Under the pieces are notes generated by a model. It saw only the letters and a list, made by a program, of their open reading frames with translations. It was not told the origin of the DNA and made no database searches. The translations under genes and the position numbers were made by a program. From the NCBI GenBank assembly GCA_038087875.1, contig CM075977.1, forward strand, positions 40,920,001 to 40,984,000: DNA of 64,000 nucleotides, written 5' to 3'. Source of the DNA: Malacoraja senta. Its lineage: Eukaryota. Positions 24,281 through 37,560 of this stretch are shown here, piece after piece (positions within the stretch are counted from its first letter, which is position 1; each line of letters starts with the position of its first letter).

Positions 24281-24852
24281 CTATCTACATTAATTTTAGT
24301 AAGGCATTTGATGAAGTCCCCACAGTATACTAATCCAGAAGATTAAGATGCGTACGATTCACAGTGACTTGGTCGCATGGGTTCAGAATTGGCTTATGAA
24401 TAAAGAACAGAGGCTTGTGGTGAAAAGGCATTATTCTGGTTGGAGGTCTGTAACCAGTGGTGTTCTGAAAAGATCTTTGCTGGACCCTCTGTTGTTTATG
24501 ATACATATAAAAATGGACATAAATGGAGATGGGTTGGTTAATACATTTTCAGATGATACTAGGATTGCTGGAGATGTGGACTATGAGGATGGCTGTCAAA
24601 ATATTTGGTGGAGTTAGATCAGTTACAGAACTGGGCGGAGAAATGGCAGATGGAGGGTCATCCAAGCAAATTTGAGGTGTGGCACTATGGGAGATCAAAT
24701 GCCAGGGGACGTATACTGGTAAGAACCGTAACAGCACTAATATAGAAAGAAGGATCTTGGGATCCAAGTCCACAACTTACTGAAATTGGCCACACAAGTA
24801 TATAGAGTGGTAAAGGTGTATGATTTACTTGTCTCAGGGCACTGAGTACAAG

Positions 24853-26471
24853 GGCACTGAGGAGGGTTCTGACACGGGTGAACACGAGGAAAGCTGCAGG
24901 CCCCGATGGCATCTCGGGGCGAGTACTTAAGTCCTGTGCTACGCAGCTAGCTCCGGTGCTCACTACAATATTTAACCTCTCCCTGAACAAGTCCGTGGTC
25001 CCTGCCTGCTTCAAAAAATCCATCATTGTACCGGTACCTAAAAATGCCTCCCCAGCCGGTCTGAATGACTACCGTCCGGTGGCCCTCGCCTCAGTAGTCA
25101 TGAAATGCTTTGAGAGGCTGGTGAAGAAACACATCTGCGCCTTCCTCCCTCACAACATGGACCCGTTACAATTCGCATACCGTCCGAACAGATCCACGGA
25201 CGATGCGGTCTCCCAGGTTTTGCACACCGCTCTCTCTCATCTTGACAGCCAGAAGGGGGGGGGGGGGGGGCTGCTACATGAGGATGCTGTTCATAGACTT
25301 CAGTTCAGCCTTCAACACGATAGTCCCCACCAGACTGGCCGAGAAGCTACTGGAATTAGGGCTCAACACCCCCGTGTGCCTGGGCCCTGGACCTTCTCAC
25401 CGCCAGGCCCCAGGTAGTCAAGATGGGAGGGAATACATCAAAGTCCCTCACCCTGAGCACAGGATCCCCCCAGTGTTGCGTCCTCAGCCCCCTATTGTAC
25501 TCCCTGTACACACATGACTGTGTGGCTAGGTTCAGCTCCAACTCGATAATCAAGTTTGATGATGACACTTGGGTGGTGGGCCTGATCTCAGACAACGATG
25601 AGAAGGCCTACCGGGAGGAGGTGGCTGATCTGGCACTCTGGTGTCAGGACAACAGCCTCCTCTTGAACATCAAAAAAATGAAGGAGCTGATCGTGGACTT
25701 TAGGAGGACACATCATCCGAGGACGTACACACCATTGAGGATAAATGGGGATACTGTGGATAGGGTGAGCTGTTTTAAATACCTGGGAGTCCACATCTCT
25801 GAGGATATGACATGGACATCACACGCTGCAGCACTCGTGAGTAAGGCAAGGCAGCGCCTTTACCACCTCAGGCAATTGAGGAAATTCAGAGTGTCTCCGA
25901 GGATCCTCCAGTGCTTCTACCCAGCGGCTGTGGAAAGCATCTTGTCCAGAAATATTACAATCTGGTTTGGGAATTGCTCTGCCCAGGACAAGAAGGCTCT
26001 GCAGAAAGTAGTGCGTTCGGCCGAACGCACTATGGGAACTTCACTCGCCCCCCTGCAGGAACTATACATCAGAAGGTGCAACTCCAGAGCCAACAAGATC
26101 ATGGGGGACCCCTTCCACCCCTGCAACGGACTGTTCCAGCTGCTACAGTCAGGCAAACGCCTCCGTTGCCATGCTGTGAGAACGGAGAGGTTGAGAAGGA
26201 GTTTCTTCCCAGAGGCCATTAGGACTGTAAACTCCTACCTCTCCAGGGATTAACTTTACTGGACCATTCTACTGGGTTTTTTTTAATTGCTGTTTTTTTC
26301 CCCCTTTTTCCTTCCCCCCACAATATTTAATATGTAAAAGAATATATGATTCTGTTCCATTCTGTTTGTAGTTTGTTTGTTTGTTTGTTTTTTGCACAAA
26401 GTCCGCGAGCATTGCCACTTTTCATTTCACTGCATATCTCGTATGTGTATGTGACGAATAAACTTGACTTG
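24853..26471 (+). mobile_element. Rex1/Babar LINE, 5'-truncated, RT region nearly intact
   Basis: [47 protein letters not shown]. Frameshifts near the poly-G at 25255-25270 and at ~25380. (CTTGA)n tail. ACAAG at both junctions. Confidence 0.93.
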
Positions 26472-26644
26472 ACAAGAGTCAGCAAGTCATGATGTAGCTT
26501 TGTAAGATTTTGGCTTGGCTGAGACCAGAGTATTGCATGCAGTTCTCGTCGCTCTGTAACAATAAGGATATGGAGGTGTTCCAGGTGAGATAGTTTAACT
26601 TGCCATGTTTGGCACAGACATTGTGGGCGAAAAGTTCAGTGTGT

Positions 26645-27462
26645 CTATAATGTGGATAAATGTGAGGGTATCCACTTTGGTGGCAAGAACAGGAAAGTAG
26701 ACTATTATCTGAATGGCGGCCGATTAGGAAAAGGGGAAATTCAACGAGACCTGGGTGTCATAGTACACCAGTCATTGAAAGTAGGCATGCAGGTGCAGCA
26801 GGCAGTGAAGAAAGCGAATGGTTTGTTAGCATTCATAGCAAAAGGATTTGAGTATAGGAGCAGGGAGGTTCTACTGCAGTTGTACAGGGCCTTGGTGAGA
26901 CCACACCTGGAGTATTGCGTACAGTTTTGGTCTCCTAATCTGAGGAAAGACTTTCTTGCCATAGAGGGAGTACAGAGAAGGTTCACCAGACTGATTCCTG
27001 GGATGGCAGGACTTTCATATGAAGAAAGACTGGATAGACTCGGCTCGTACTCGCTGGAATTTAGAAGATTGAGGGGGGATCTTATAGAAATGTACAAAAT
27101 TCTTAAGGGGTTGGACAGGCTAGATGCAAGAAGATTGTTCCCGATGTTGGGGAAGTCCAGAACAAGGGATCACAGTTTAAAGATAAGGGGGAAGTATTTT
27201 AGGACCGAGATGAGAAAAAAAAAATTCACACAAAGAGTGGTGAATCTGTGGAATTCTCTGCCACAGAAAGTAGTTGAGGCCAGTTCATTGGCTATATTTA
27301 AAAGGGAGTTAGATGTGGCCCTTGTGGTTAAAGGGATCAGGGGGTATGGAGAGAAGGCACGTACAGGATACCGAGTTGGATGATCAGCCATGATCATATT
27401 GAATGGCGGTGCAGGCTCGAAGGGCCGAATGGCCTACTCCTGCACCTATTTTCTATGTTCCT
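26645..27462 (+). mobile_element. CR1 LINE 3' portion with an open 243-aa frame
   Basis: ORF 26652-27383 with DLGV, LVRPHLEYCVQFWSP and RGDLI; CR1 3'UTR. Confidence 0.93.
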
Positions 27463-27479
27463 GTATACCATAGACCATA

Positions 27480-28115
27480 TATATACACAATACATAAACA
27501 GATAAAGTGCAATAGTAATAATAGACTGTTATTGTTCAGAGCTTGTTTGATGTTGTAATTAATAGCCTGATGGCTGTGGGGAAGTAGCTGTTCCTGAACA
27601 TGGATGTTACAGATTTCAAGCTCTGTACCTTCTTCCCAATGGCAATGGAAAGATGAGTGTGTGGCCAGGATGGTGTGGGTCTTTGATGATAGCAGCCTTT
27701 TTGAGGCAGCGACTGCGATAGATCCCTTCAATGGTGGGGAGGTCAGAGCCGATGATGGACTGGGCAGTGGTCACAACTTTCTGCATTTTTTTCCGCTCCT
27801 GGATGTTCAAGTTGCTGAACCAAGCCACGATGCAGCCAGTCAGTATGCTCTCTACTGTGCATCTGTAGAAGTTCGAGAGAGTCCTCCTTGACATACCGAC
27901 TCTCTGTAATCTTCTCAGGAAGTAAAGGCACTGATGTGCCTTCTTTATAATTACATCAGTGTGCTGGGACCAGGAAAGAACTTCGGAAATATGCACGCCC
28001 AGGAATTTCAAGTTTTTGACCCTTTACACCATCGTCCCGTTGATATAAACAGGATTGTGGGTCACTATCCTACCCCTTCCAAAGTCCACAATCAGTTCCA
28101 TGGTTTTGTTGGTGT
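27480..28115 (-). mobile_element. Rex1/Babar LINE 3' fragment
   Basis: KFLGVHISE.LSWS.H..KKAHQCLYFLRRL..FYRCTVESILTGCI. Confidence 0.88.
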
Positions 28116-28756
28116 TCCTCAAACATATTGATCAAAATAAATCATCAGTTCAATATGGAATCAAACCAACACAGATTGACCAACAAGAAGAGGTTGAGAG
28201 GGAGATTTAAGATGTTGGAGTACAAATTCATCAACATTTTTACTATATAAGGCTTTAAGATTGAATAGTACACTAGACAAAGAACATATTATCAGGTCTG
28301 ACAGTAAGTTAAACAGATTACAGATTTAGCTGCAAAATGATTATGGAAATCTTTATAATGGAGAGCATAACGAGAAAAATGCTCAGTTCAGAATCCAGAA
28401 GCCAAGATGATGAACAATTTAAACTTGGTTGACAATGTGATGTGTGAATGTAATAGGAACCTGTGGCAAAGATGTATAATTTATTTCAGAAACCTAAGAT
28501 GCCCTTAGTGCATCCCATGGTTTAACTGGATAACATTTGAGAACTAGATGCAAAAACAAGTAACCAAACAGCACAGAGACAAAAGTTACGACAGTTGACA
28601 GAGCGGCACAGCTAGTAATTGTTAATTGATTTGTGAAAGTGATCTCATGTCGATGCGCAAAAAGGAGTTGGTCTGTCAACTCTTCAGGCCAGTTCCAGCA
28701 CTTTGTATTTCCACTGTTTTGTATGGGAGGCACTTCATGTTATGCACATGAAGGGT

Positions 28757-28957
28757 TTGTCCCCTTTTTCCTTCTGCCCACAATATTTAATATGTAAAAG
28801 AATATGTGATTCTATTCTTCCATTCTGTTTGTAGTTTGTTTGTTTGTTTGTTTGTTTGTTTGTTTGTTTGCTTTTTGCACAAAGTCCGCGAGCATTGCCA
28901 CTTTTCATTTCACTGCACATCTCGTATGTGTATGTGACAAATAAACTTGACTTGACA
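28757..28957 (+). mobile_element. Rex1 3'UTR fragment, same subfamily as 24853-26471
   Basis: Near-identical to 26295-26473, including (GTTT)n and (CTTGA)n. Confidence 0.85.
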
Positions 28958-29989
28958 CTAATTCTGGACTCCATCCCGTAATAATCTTAAATATCTTGAT
29001 TAGATATCCCAACAATTGCACAAATTCAAGAAAATACAAGCCAAGATAATGAAAGATTACCTTTTACACTGCAGTCTCATTTAGCTTAAATTGCTAAAGC
29101 AAATATTTCCTTTTTAAGCATCTTAAACTGGATGCTACTCTCATTCAATGCCCGATCAAGGCTTTGTACAACCTGCCTAACTTTCTCCCCATGTTGCTTT
29201 CTAGTTCCCACAATGTCTGTGCCGAACATTATGCCAAGTTAAACTGATCTCACGCACTTGCACATGATCCATCCCTCTCCATTCCCTGCATATCCGTGTG
29301 CCTATCTAAAACATACCTCCTCCATTTGTATCCAAATTGTTATAGTGCACTATAGCTATAATGCACTAACTCTACATTCTGCACTATGTAGTAACATTGA
29401 ATTTGGAAAATTTAGTCTTGGTCACATAAAAGGGAGAAGACAGAATTGAGGTCTAAGAGATAGATAGAAAGTTTGGTTCAGAATGGAAAGGACAATTAGG
29501 TGTTAAAGGACTTCAGCCAATAAAGACAATGGCAAAGACTAGGAGGGATGTATCCTGATCACAAGCCAAGTATAGGAAAGCAATAACGTGGAAGTGTAAA
29601 GTGAAGGTTCATGCGGTGGTGAAATGAAGTGGAATGAAATTACCTTAAAGTCAGCTTGAAACATCAGTGTCTGATTTTAGTCAGTTCTAGAGAGGACACC
29701 GCTTTTCCAGGGACAGGCAGAATATCAGTAAACATTGTGCACTGTACACAGGGTTGAACAAATAATTAATTGTAAGCCACAGAAGTTGATACATGTCCAA
29801 TAAATTATCTTTGTGTTAATAATGTACACCAGTATATCAAGTATACAAGCAGAGAAGCAACTAGCAATGGGATTAAAACACAAAAGTCTTTGTTTCACCT
29901 GCTAATGAGAGATGATGAGGTTTAGACAAGCAATTTCAGTTGAAGGCTTGGTTATCTGAAAGGATAATTGCCAATAATTCAAAATTGGA

Positions 29990-30540
29990 AGAGAATGGGC
30001 TAATTAGGGACGTGCAGCATGGCTTTGTCATATTAACTTGATCATGTTTTTTGAGGTGATGAGGGTGATCATTGAGGGTAGGGTCGTGAATGCGATCTAC
30101 ATTGATTTTAGTAAGGTATTGGATGAAATCCCCACACTATACTGATCCAGAAGACTAAGATGCATGCGATTCACAGTGACTGAGACACATGGGTTCAGAA
30201 TTGGCTTACGAATAAAACAGAAGGTTGTGGTGGAAAGGCATTATTCTGGTTGGAGATCTGTAACCAGTGGAGTTCCGCACAGTTCTGTTGTTTATGATAT
30301 ATATAAATGGACATGAATGTAGATGGGTTGGTTAATACATTTTCAGATGATACCAAGATGGCTGGAGATGTGGACAGTGAGGATGGCTGTGAAAATATTC
30401 AGTGGGGTTAGATCAGTTACAGAAATGAGCAGAGAAATGACAGATGGAGTATAATCCGAACAAACTTGAGGTGTGGCACTTTGGGAGATCAAATGCAAGG
30501 GGAAAGTATACTGGTAAGAACCTTAACAGCACTAATATAC
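29990..30540 (+). mobile_element. Degenerate CR1 RT fragment
   Basis: Aligns with 23595-23692 plus 24281-24745. Confidence 0.75.
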
Positions 30541-30747
30541 ATATAGAGTAAAGGAGGCATATTAAGAGGCTAGAATTAGTATCCAAAAGATGCCTTGGAA
30601 GGTTAAAGAGCTGGAGGAAATTGCAAGGTTAGGGATGAATGAGACTGTGTTGGTAATTGAAAACAATAATGAGAATTAAAAACGGAGTTGATGCTTAAAT
30701 TGGAACCACTGCAGATCAATGAAAGGGATGGAAGAACATGACTTGGG

Positions 30748-31557
30748 ATTGTATTGTATTGTATATCTTTATTGTCATTTCCTAAGTATTCGCATACCCA
30801 GAGGAAACAAAAAAACGTTCCTCAACCAGTGTCCATTCCAGTGTGCAGTAAAAAATAAATAGAAGCAAAAATACATATATCATGAACAAATTAACACTCT
30901 ACTCTACTAAACATCAACAGGCGTTCCGATCGGCAGCGGCACGACAGTGGCTCTGCTGCAGTGTGTCCAGGTTGGTGGTTGGTGCACGATACTTTGGCAG
31001 GGGACAAAGTCCGTTTATCAGTCTTATAACCTGCGGGAAGAAGCTGATGAGCATCCTGCTGGTTTTGCACCTAATGCTCCGGTACCTCTTCCCAGATGGC
31101 AGGATGGAGAATATGTGATGCGATGGGTGGTGAGGGTCTTTGATGATGGAGATGGCTCTGCTGATACATCTCTTCCTGTATATGTCCAGCAGGAAAGGGA
31201 GTGGAGCACCAATAATCCTGCTGGCGGTCTTCACAATCCTGTCTAGTTGGTGCCGTTCGTACGCCTTGCAGCTCCCGAATCAGGAAGTGATGCCGTAGGT
31301 TAATGAGCTCTCGATTGTCCCCCTATAAAAAGTTCGTAGGTGTGTAGTGGGGAGATCTGCTTTACGTAGTCTTCGGAGAGGGTGTAGTCGCTGCTGGGCT
31401 CTCTTGACCAGTGCTGTGGTGTTGGTCGTGGACGTCAGGTCATCTGACAGGTGGAGTCCTAGGAACTTCACACTGTTGACCCTTTCCACATCAGCTCCAT
31501 CGATGTGCAGAGGTGTATGGTGTTATTTTCCCGCCCTCCTGAAGTCAACCACCATCC
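30748..31557 (-). mobile_element. Rex1/Babar LINE 3' fragment
   Basis: VKFLGLHLSDDL..AQQRLHPLRRL..DPHHPSHHIFSILPSGKRYRS..SFFPQ; (CAATA)n tail. Confidence 0.9.
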
Positions 31558-31885
31558 CTTAGTTTTTCCCACGTTGAGAATGAGGTGATACTGTATGTGG
31601 TCTAAAACCTGTCTCATTTATATTACAAACAGTTTGGCTCAACACAAGGAGAGGGAAGAAGTCGGTTGTTAAAGAACAGATTATTTTTAAACAAGCATCA
31701 AAGACAATGCTTTGGTCTTCCAAATATCCACATTCTTGTGGCACAGATCACCAAATAATTAATATATACGAATAGGATTAATGATAATAAAGAATAAAGG
31801 TAATCACTAAAATGACATAAAATTCCAACTGAACGTTTGCAAAGGATGAAAATGAAGAATATTCTACTTTATTTTGTTTTCGTAT

Positions 31886-32170
31886 TTTAGTTTAGAGATA
31901 CAGTGCAGAAACAGGCCTTCGGCCCACCGAGTCCACGCCGACCTGCGATCCCTGCACATTAACGCTACCCTACACACACATTAGGGACAATTTACACTTT
32001 AGCCAAGCCAATTAACCTACAAACCTGAACGTCTTTGGGGTGTGGTAGGAAACCGAAGATCTCGGAGAAAATGGTCACGGGGAGAATGTACAAACTCCGT
32101 ACAGACAGCACCCACAGTTGGGATCGAATCCAGGTCTTTGCCGCTGCAAGGCAGCAACGCTACTGCTTGG
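31886..32170 (-). mobile_element. V-SINE (HE1-like)
   Basis: Similar to 6508-6825; B-box-like GGATTCGATCCC and V-domain on the minus strand. Confidence 0.75.
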
Positions 32171-32221
32171 TGTGACTTTCTTGCAACAATTTTATTTAAA
32201 TGAAAATAGAAAAATGCTTAC

Positions 32222-32311
32222 CTTTAAGATAGAAATTTGTGAAAAATCTTTTTCCTCAAAGTAAGCATGTGTGATGAGTTGCAATTTTGCTTGAAGTAAA
32301 CCATAAAGCGG
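32222..32311 (-). CDS. AVL9: AVL9 coding exon (~exon 5): PLYGLLQAKLQLITHAYFEEKDFSQISILK
   Basis: 90 bp, AG at 32312-32313, GTAAG donor, essentially identical to vertebrate AVL9. Confidence 0.97.
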
Positions 32312-33689
32312 CTATTGAGGAAAATGGCAATAAAGTATCAATTAATTCACAACAATATTTTATAGCAATTTCATAGAATAACAGATCCTTCAACCTATCA
32401 GGTCTGTTTGTAAATTTGCAGCGAATGTGGCTATCAAATAATACAGAAGGTATGGGTGCGGAAAATGGCATTTAATTGGAGTTTAATTTGGGCAGGGCGT
32501 GAGGTATTGCTCTTTGGGAGGTCATATGTAAGGGGAAGTATAATTTAATGGCAGAATCTTGAACAACATTCATATACAGTGGGATCTTTGAAGGAGCTCT
32601 CGATTTGGGCCGAAAGCTGAAACACAAGCAGATGGAGTGGAAAATAAGGCATACACCAATCTGAGCATCGAGTATAAGAGCAAGGAATTCAAGTTGCAAT
32701 TAATAAAATGTTAGTTCGGCCGCTTGTTTAGTATTGTGTGCGGCTCTGGTCACCCCATCACAGGAAGGATGTGGAGGTTTTAGAGTGGATGCAGAAGAGC
32801 TTTGCTGTCTGGATTTGAGGATATTTGAGCTATAAGGTTGGACAAATTTGCATTGTTTTCTCTGGAGTGCAAGACGCTGTGGAGAGTCCTGCTAGAAGTT
32901 GAGGAAAACCGTAAATGTGGAATTGGAAGGATTTTAACCAAATGCATGAATCTGCCTAAAATTAAAGGATGGATTTAAAACAAAAAAAAGATAGAAATGA
33001 GTCTGGTCTAATAATACTTCAGACATCGTTTAATTGTGCCTACTAGGGTTGAGAATTAAATATTGCAGAATACTTTTCATTTAGAAAGGACTGAAAGTCC
33101 AAATAAGAGGGATGACAAGAAGGAATGAGCTAGGACTAGAAAAAAGATTATGAAGGGTATGTGAAGTCTGTCCCAGTAGAATAGCCCCCTTTCTCCTGCC
33201 ATCTCGTCTTTAATTAATGGTACTAATTACTCATAAAATCTTTCTCTCACACCACCCATTAAGCAATTTATTTGACTGATCTATTCAAACCAATACAAAT
33301 TTGGACCCGACTCAAGTAATTGTGCATAATATTTGTGGTCTGACCAAGAATCTTCAACAGTATCTTCATTGCTTTTCAGTATTATCTGGCAAGAAGTAAC
33401 CTCAAAAATATTTAAATGCGTATCTTGCATCACTAGTTCAGATAAAGAAACAACTTTGAGAGCAGATATGACATAATTGTAACATTAAAGACATTTGTAA
33501 ATGTACAATAACATTTAAATGACGCAATTTGATAGTTCCATTTAATATTTTCAAATTGCTCTTATTTAAATAATAGTTTAGGAAAAACTCCATTATAAGT
33601 CTCCCATTTCTAAGCATAGCCAACAGTATTCTGAGGCATAAGACACTGCAGATGCTGGGATCTTGATGAATTCAACAAGTTCTGCATGA

Positions 33690-34178
33690 TAAAGTTGATG
33701 AAATCACTTCATTATTAACTTCCACCCTGTCCTCAAATTCACTTGGTCTATCTTTGAAACCTTTTTCCCCTTTCTCGAACCCTTCTTCTCCATCACAGGG
33801 GACCGACCAATGATTGATATCTACTATAAACGCATAGACTCCGACAGTTACCATGACTAGAACTTGTCCTCCCTGCTTCTTGCAAGGATTCCATGCTCAC
33901 ACTCAATTTCTACAACTTCGCTGCATCCGCTTCTAAGATAAGGCTTTTCACAGATGTCCTGTTTTTTCAGTAAATGTGGCTTTCCCCATTGTTGCAGATG
34001 GAGCCCTCTCCCACATCTCCTCTGTGGTGAGATGAGGCTTTCCATTCCATTCGATATGTCCTCTTTCTGTAGAAAACATGGTTTTCCCCCTCCTGTCATA
34101 GATATATCCCTCATCCATGTCACCTGTATCCTTTAGTTCTGCTCTTGCTCCCCCTTCCCCCAGACGGAACAAGGATAG
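33690..34178 (+). mobile_element. Degenerate Penelope-like RT fragment (host of the DIRS; resumes at 38977-39135)
   Basis: FHPVLKFTWSI..PFLE..IDIYYK remnant. 34110-34178 joined to 38977-39065 aligns with the Penelope copy at 44740-44885. Confidence 0.75.
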
Positions 34179-34690
34179 TAAGATTAAACGAGAACTTACC
34201 TAAGTTTGAAGTTTGATCTTTATTTTATGAGGAGTTACGTAGGTGATTACGTGAAGAAGAAGCCCGTCAGTGCGCCTGCGCGTCAATCTTCAAAGCAGCG
34301 GTGTGAAATCACAAAAAACAAGAACCGAAGTAATATAGTCTCATACTAAAACGAGTAATACAAGAACTTCCATCTGACCTTTATGATAGAGGGTAGGGTC
34401 GTGGCGGGCACGTAATCACCTACGTAACTCCTCATAAAATAAAGATCAAACTTCAAACTTAGGTAAGTTCTCGTTTAATCTTACTATTTTACTTCGGAGT
34501 CACGTGAGTGACTACGTGAAGATTTTAAAGCTTTGTGATTTCATGCCGTGGATCAATCCCGGCTTCTCACTGCATAGATTGACTCGGAACGAGAATAATC
34601 AATCATGCATTCATAATAACATTTGTACCACAAATGCAGTAATTCATTTCAAGAATGAAATGAATCAGATCCCCTTTAAACCAGAGGAAT

Positions 34691-35664
34691 TTACACAGAA
34701 CTTAAAATAGTTTCTGCAAACAACCCCGCATTAACAATAGGCCGATGATAAAAATGTTGAAACATCAACTCATTGGACCACCCGGCGGCTGCGAGGATAT
34801 GGTCGACGGGGCCGTCTTTTGCCCTGGCCGCCGACATTTCTGCTGCCCTAGTCGAGTGAAACGTAAAAACATAAGTGTTAATACCAGCAGCTGTTAAGAC
34901 TTCTTTTATCCATCTGGAAATAGTCTGTATTGAAACTCTCTTGTGTGGTTTCTTGTGTGTGATCAAAAACCCAGTTTCCGTATTCTCAAATTCTTTGTGA
35001 CCTCAATGTATTGTAATAAATATGTCTTAATACAAAGACATGGATCATTTGGATATGCTGCCAGCATAATTTTAAATCCTGTCACACCTGGCCTAATTTG
35101 CTTTATTAGGTCATAGATATAGAATGTAACCTTGTCTTCAGTTACTTCCATACTATCTATTTGTAATTTTCCAAGTGTTTGCACTCGTTGTGCTGTCACT
35201 CATGCCATAAACATGAATACTTTCATACTGAGCTTGACCAAAAGTAAAGACACACTTGATAACCATCACAAAGTAGTTTCAGTACCACACTTACATCCCA
35301 GATTGTCACGTACCTAGGTTTCGGTGGTTTGGAATTAAAGATTCCTTTCATTAGTCTGGAAACAATTGGGTGTGACCCAATTGAGTTTCTTTCTGAATCC
35401 AGAACCAAATATGAGGACAATGCACTTCTGGCTGAATTAATTGCACTACAACTCAGACCTTCATCATAATAAAGTTTTGACAGAAATTCTAAACATTTGA
35501 AATATCTGCAGTACTTTATTGTTCTTTTGTACCCAGAACTTTTCCCATTTCTTAATATAAGAAAGGTACTGTTTTTGAGTGCTCTTCCTCCAGGCTGCCG
35601 TAAGCATGTCCACAATATGCTCAGACAGTCCTCGTCCCAGAAAAGGCATTCTTAAAACCTGCAA
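34691..35664 (-). pseudogene. DIRS tyrosine recombinase, frameshifted
   Basis: AWRKSTQKQYLSY, INSARSALSS, TAQRVQTL, HSTRAA..AAGWSN..FQHFYHRP across several frames. Confidence 0.9.
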
Positions 35665-35665
35665 A

Positions 35666-37560
35666 TCAACAAATCCAAACGATCATATAATGGATGTTGT
35701 TCCCCTGTACAGGGAGCAGCAATAAATTACTCTTTTTTGGGACTTTCATCAACATTTGTGTTGTTAATTCTAATATCAACAGATACCATGGCTGTGTAGG
35801 CCAATCTGGTACTACCAATACCCTTGAAGCAGCATCTTGCCTGATTTTAAGCAAACATTGGCTTATGAGGCAGAAAGGTGGAAATATATATGAAAACATA
35901 CCACCCCAATGTAGCGAGAAAGCATCAATCGCCACTGCTCCTGGATCTGGTTTCCATGAGACATATCTCGATAGCTGATGATTCAAGTCGATATCGGTCA
36001 TTCCAAATCTGATGACTATATCATTGAATACTTCTTGATTCAACATCCATTCTTTATTATCATGGAACTTTTCGTGACTTGGTGTCTGCTATCGTTCATT
36101 CTACCTGGTAGATAGATAGCTGAAATCCAAATGTTCTTTTCAATACACCAAGCCCAAAGTTGATTAACCATTTTGTCACAAGACACCAACTTAATTCCAT
36201 ATCATTAATATAAACAACTACTGTTGTGTTATCAATTTGAACTTGAACATGCTTATTAGTTGTGTTAGAACAATAAGCTTGGAGCCCATAGAAACATCCT
36301 AGAAGCTCCAAATAGTTAATTCCCCATGTCTGCAGTAACAATGACTCTTCCTGATTCCATCTGCCTCCTCAGCTAGATGTTAAGTCAGTTGCACCCCATC
36401 CTGGTGCACTGGCATCAGTTTGTAATATCATGGAAGGTTGTTCAATCAGCACTTTGCTGGAACTGCTTGAGACATGTAGAATCCACCACTGCAGACCAGA
36501 AACAGCATTTGTTGTTAGTTGCATGGTTCTATCAAAATGACCAACATGCATTCTCGGTGCCTGTTCTTTAAGTCTCTGAAGCTGTTCATAATGTAATGGT
36601 CCAAATTGGACTGCTGGGAATGCTGCTACTAATTTTCCCAGTACACGAGCCACCTGTCTAATTGAAGGTTTTTGCTCGTTTAGGAGATTACTGCAATCTT
36701 TAATCAAATCCACCCTTTTCCCTGGGCAAAGTGATATTCATTTGGACTGAATCAATTGTGAACCCCAAATAATTAATAGAGGTACATGGTGTTAACCTAG
36801 ATTTCTGTGGATGAATTAGAAACCCCAACTTTTCAAAAGTTGATTTCACAACTGCAACAGATACTTCTGTTGACTGTTTTGTCTTTCCTATAATCAAGAC
36901 ATCATCCAAATATGCCATTAGTACATGCCCCTGGCTACTCAGCAAGCCCAGAATTGGTTTTAACAATTTTTGTGAATATTCTGAGTGCAGATATTAACCC
37001 ATTAGGCAGAGCTTTGAACTGCCACAACTGGTTCATCTATTTAAATTTAAGATACTTCCTATCTTCTGAATGAACAGACACTGAATAATATGCATCTTTC
37101 AAGTCTATAGTTGCCATATAACATGCTTCTGAAATAAGCTGTTTGGCAGTCACAAATGTTTCCATTTTACAATGTCTAAATTGCACAAAAGGATTCAGAT
37201 TTATCAAATCTACAAGAATCCTACATCCTCCATCCTTTTTTGATCGAGGGAATATTTTTGACACAAATTGGTGACTTTGGTAGACTGATTTTTCAATAAC
37301 CCCTTTTTTTTTTTTATATAGGGTTTCAATTGCAACCTGAACCTCCATCACTTCTTTTTGTACAAAGTGCAGAGTTCGGCTAGGAACATGCTGAACAGGC
37401 AAATCATAATTTGGATTGAATTCAATTCGAAATCCTTGTATATTATTCAGGATTACCACATCTGAAGTAATTTTCTTCCAATTATTATAGAAGAAATGTA
37501 ACCTGCCTCCAACTTTTGGACTTAATCCAGTTAGTATGTTCCCATGAGAACCAGGTCCAC
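35666..37560 (-). pseudogene. DIRS pol (RT, RNase H, methyltransferase-like domain), frameshifted
   Basis: VGGRLHFFYNNW, KKDGGCR, DLKDAYY, YLDDVL, YLGFTID, TDAS, DAFSLHW..YIFPPF..VVPDWPTQPWY. Confidence 0.9.

Larger units (their letters stand above)
23350..26640 (+). mobile_element. Old CR1 LINE split by two nested insertions
   Basis: CR1-like segments 23350-23692, 24281-24852 and 26472-26640 are collinear with the uninterrupted related copy at ~29990-30540. Confidence 0.75.
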
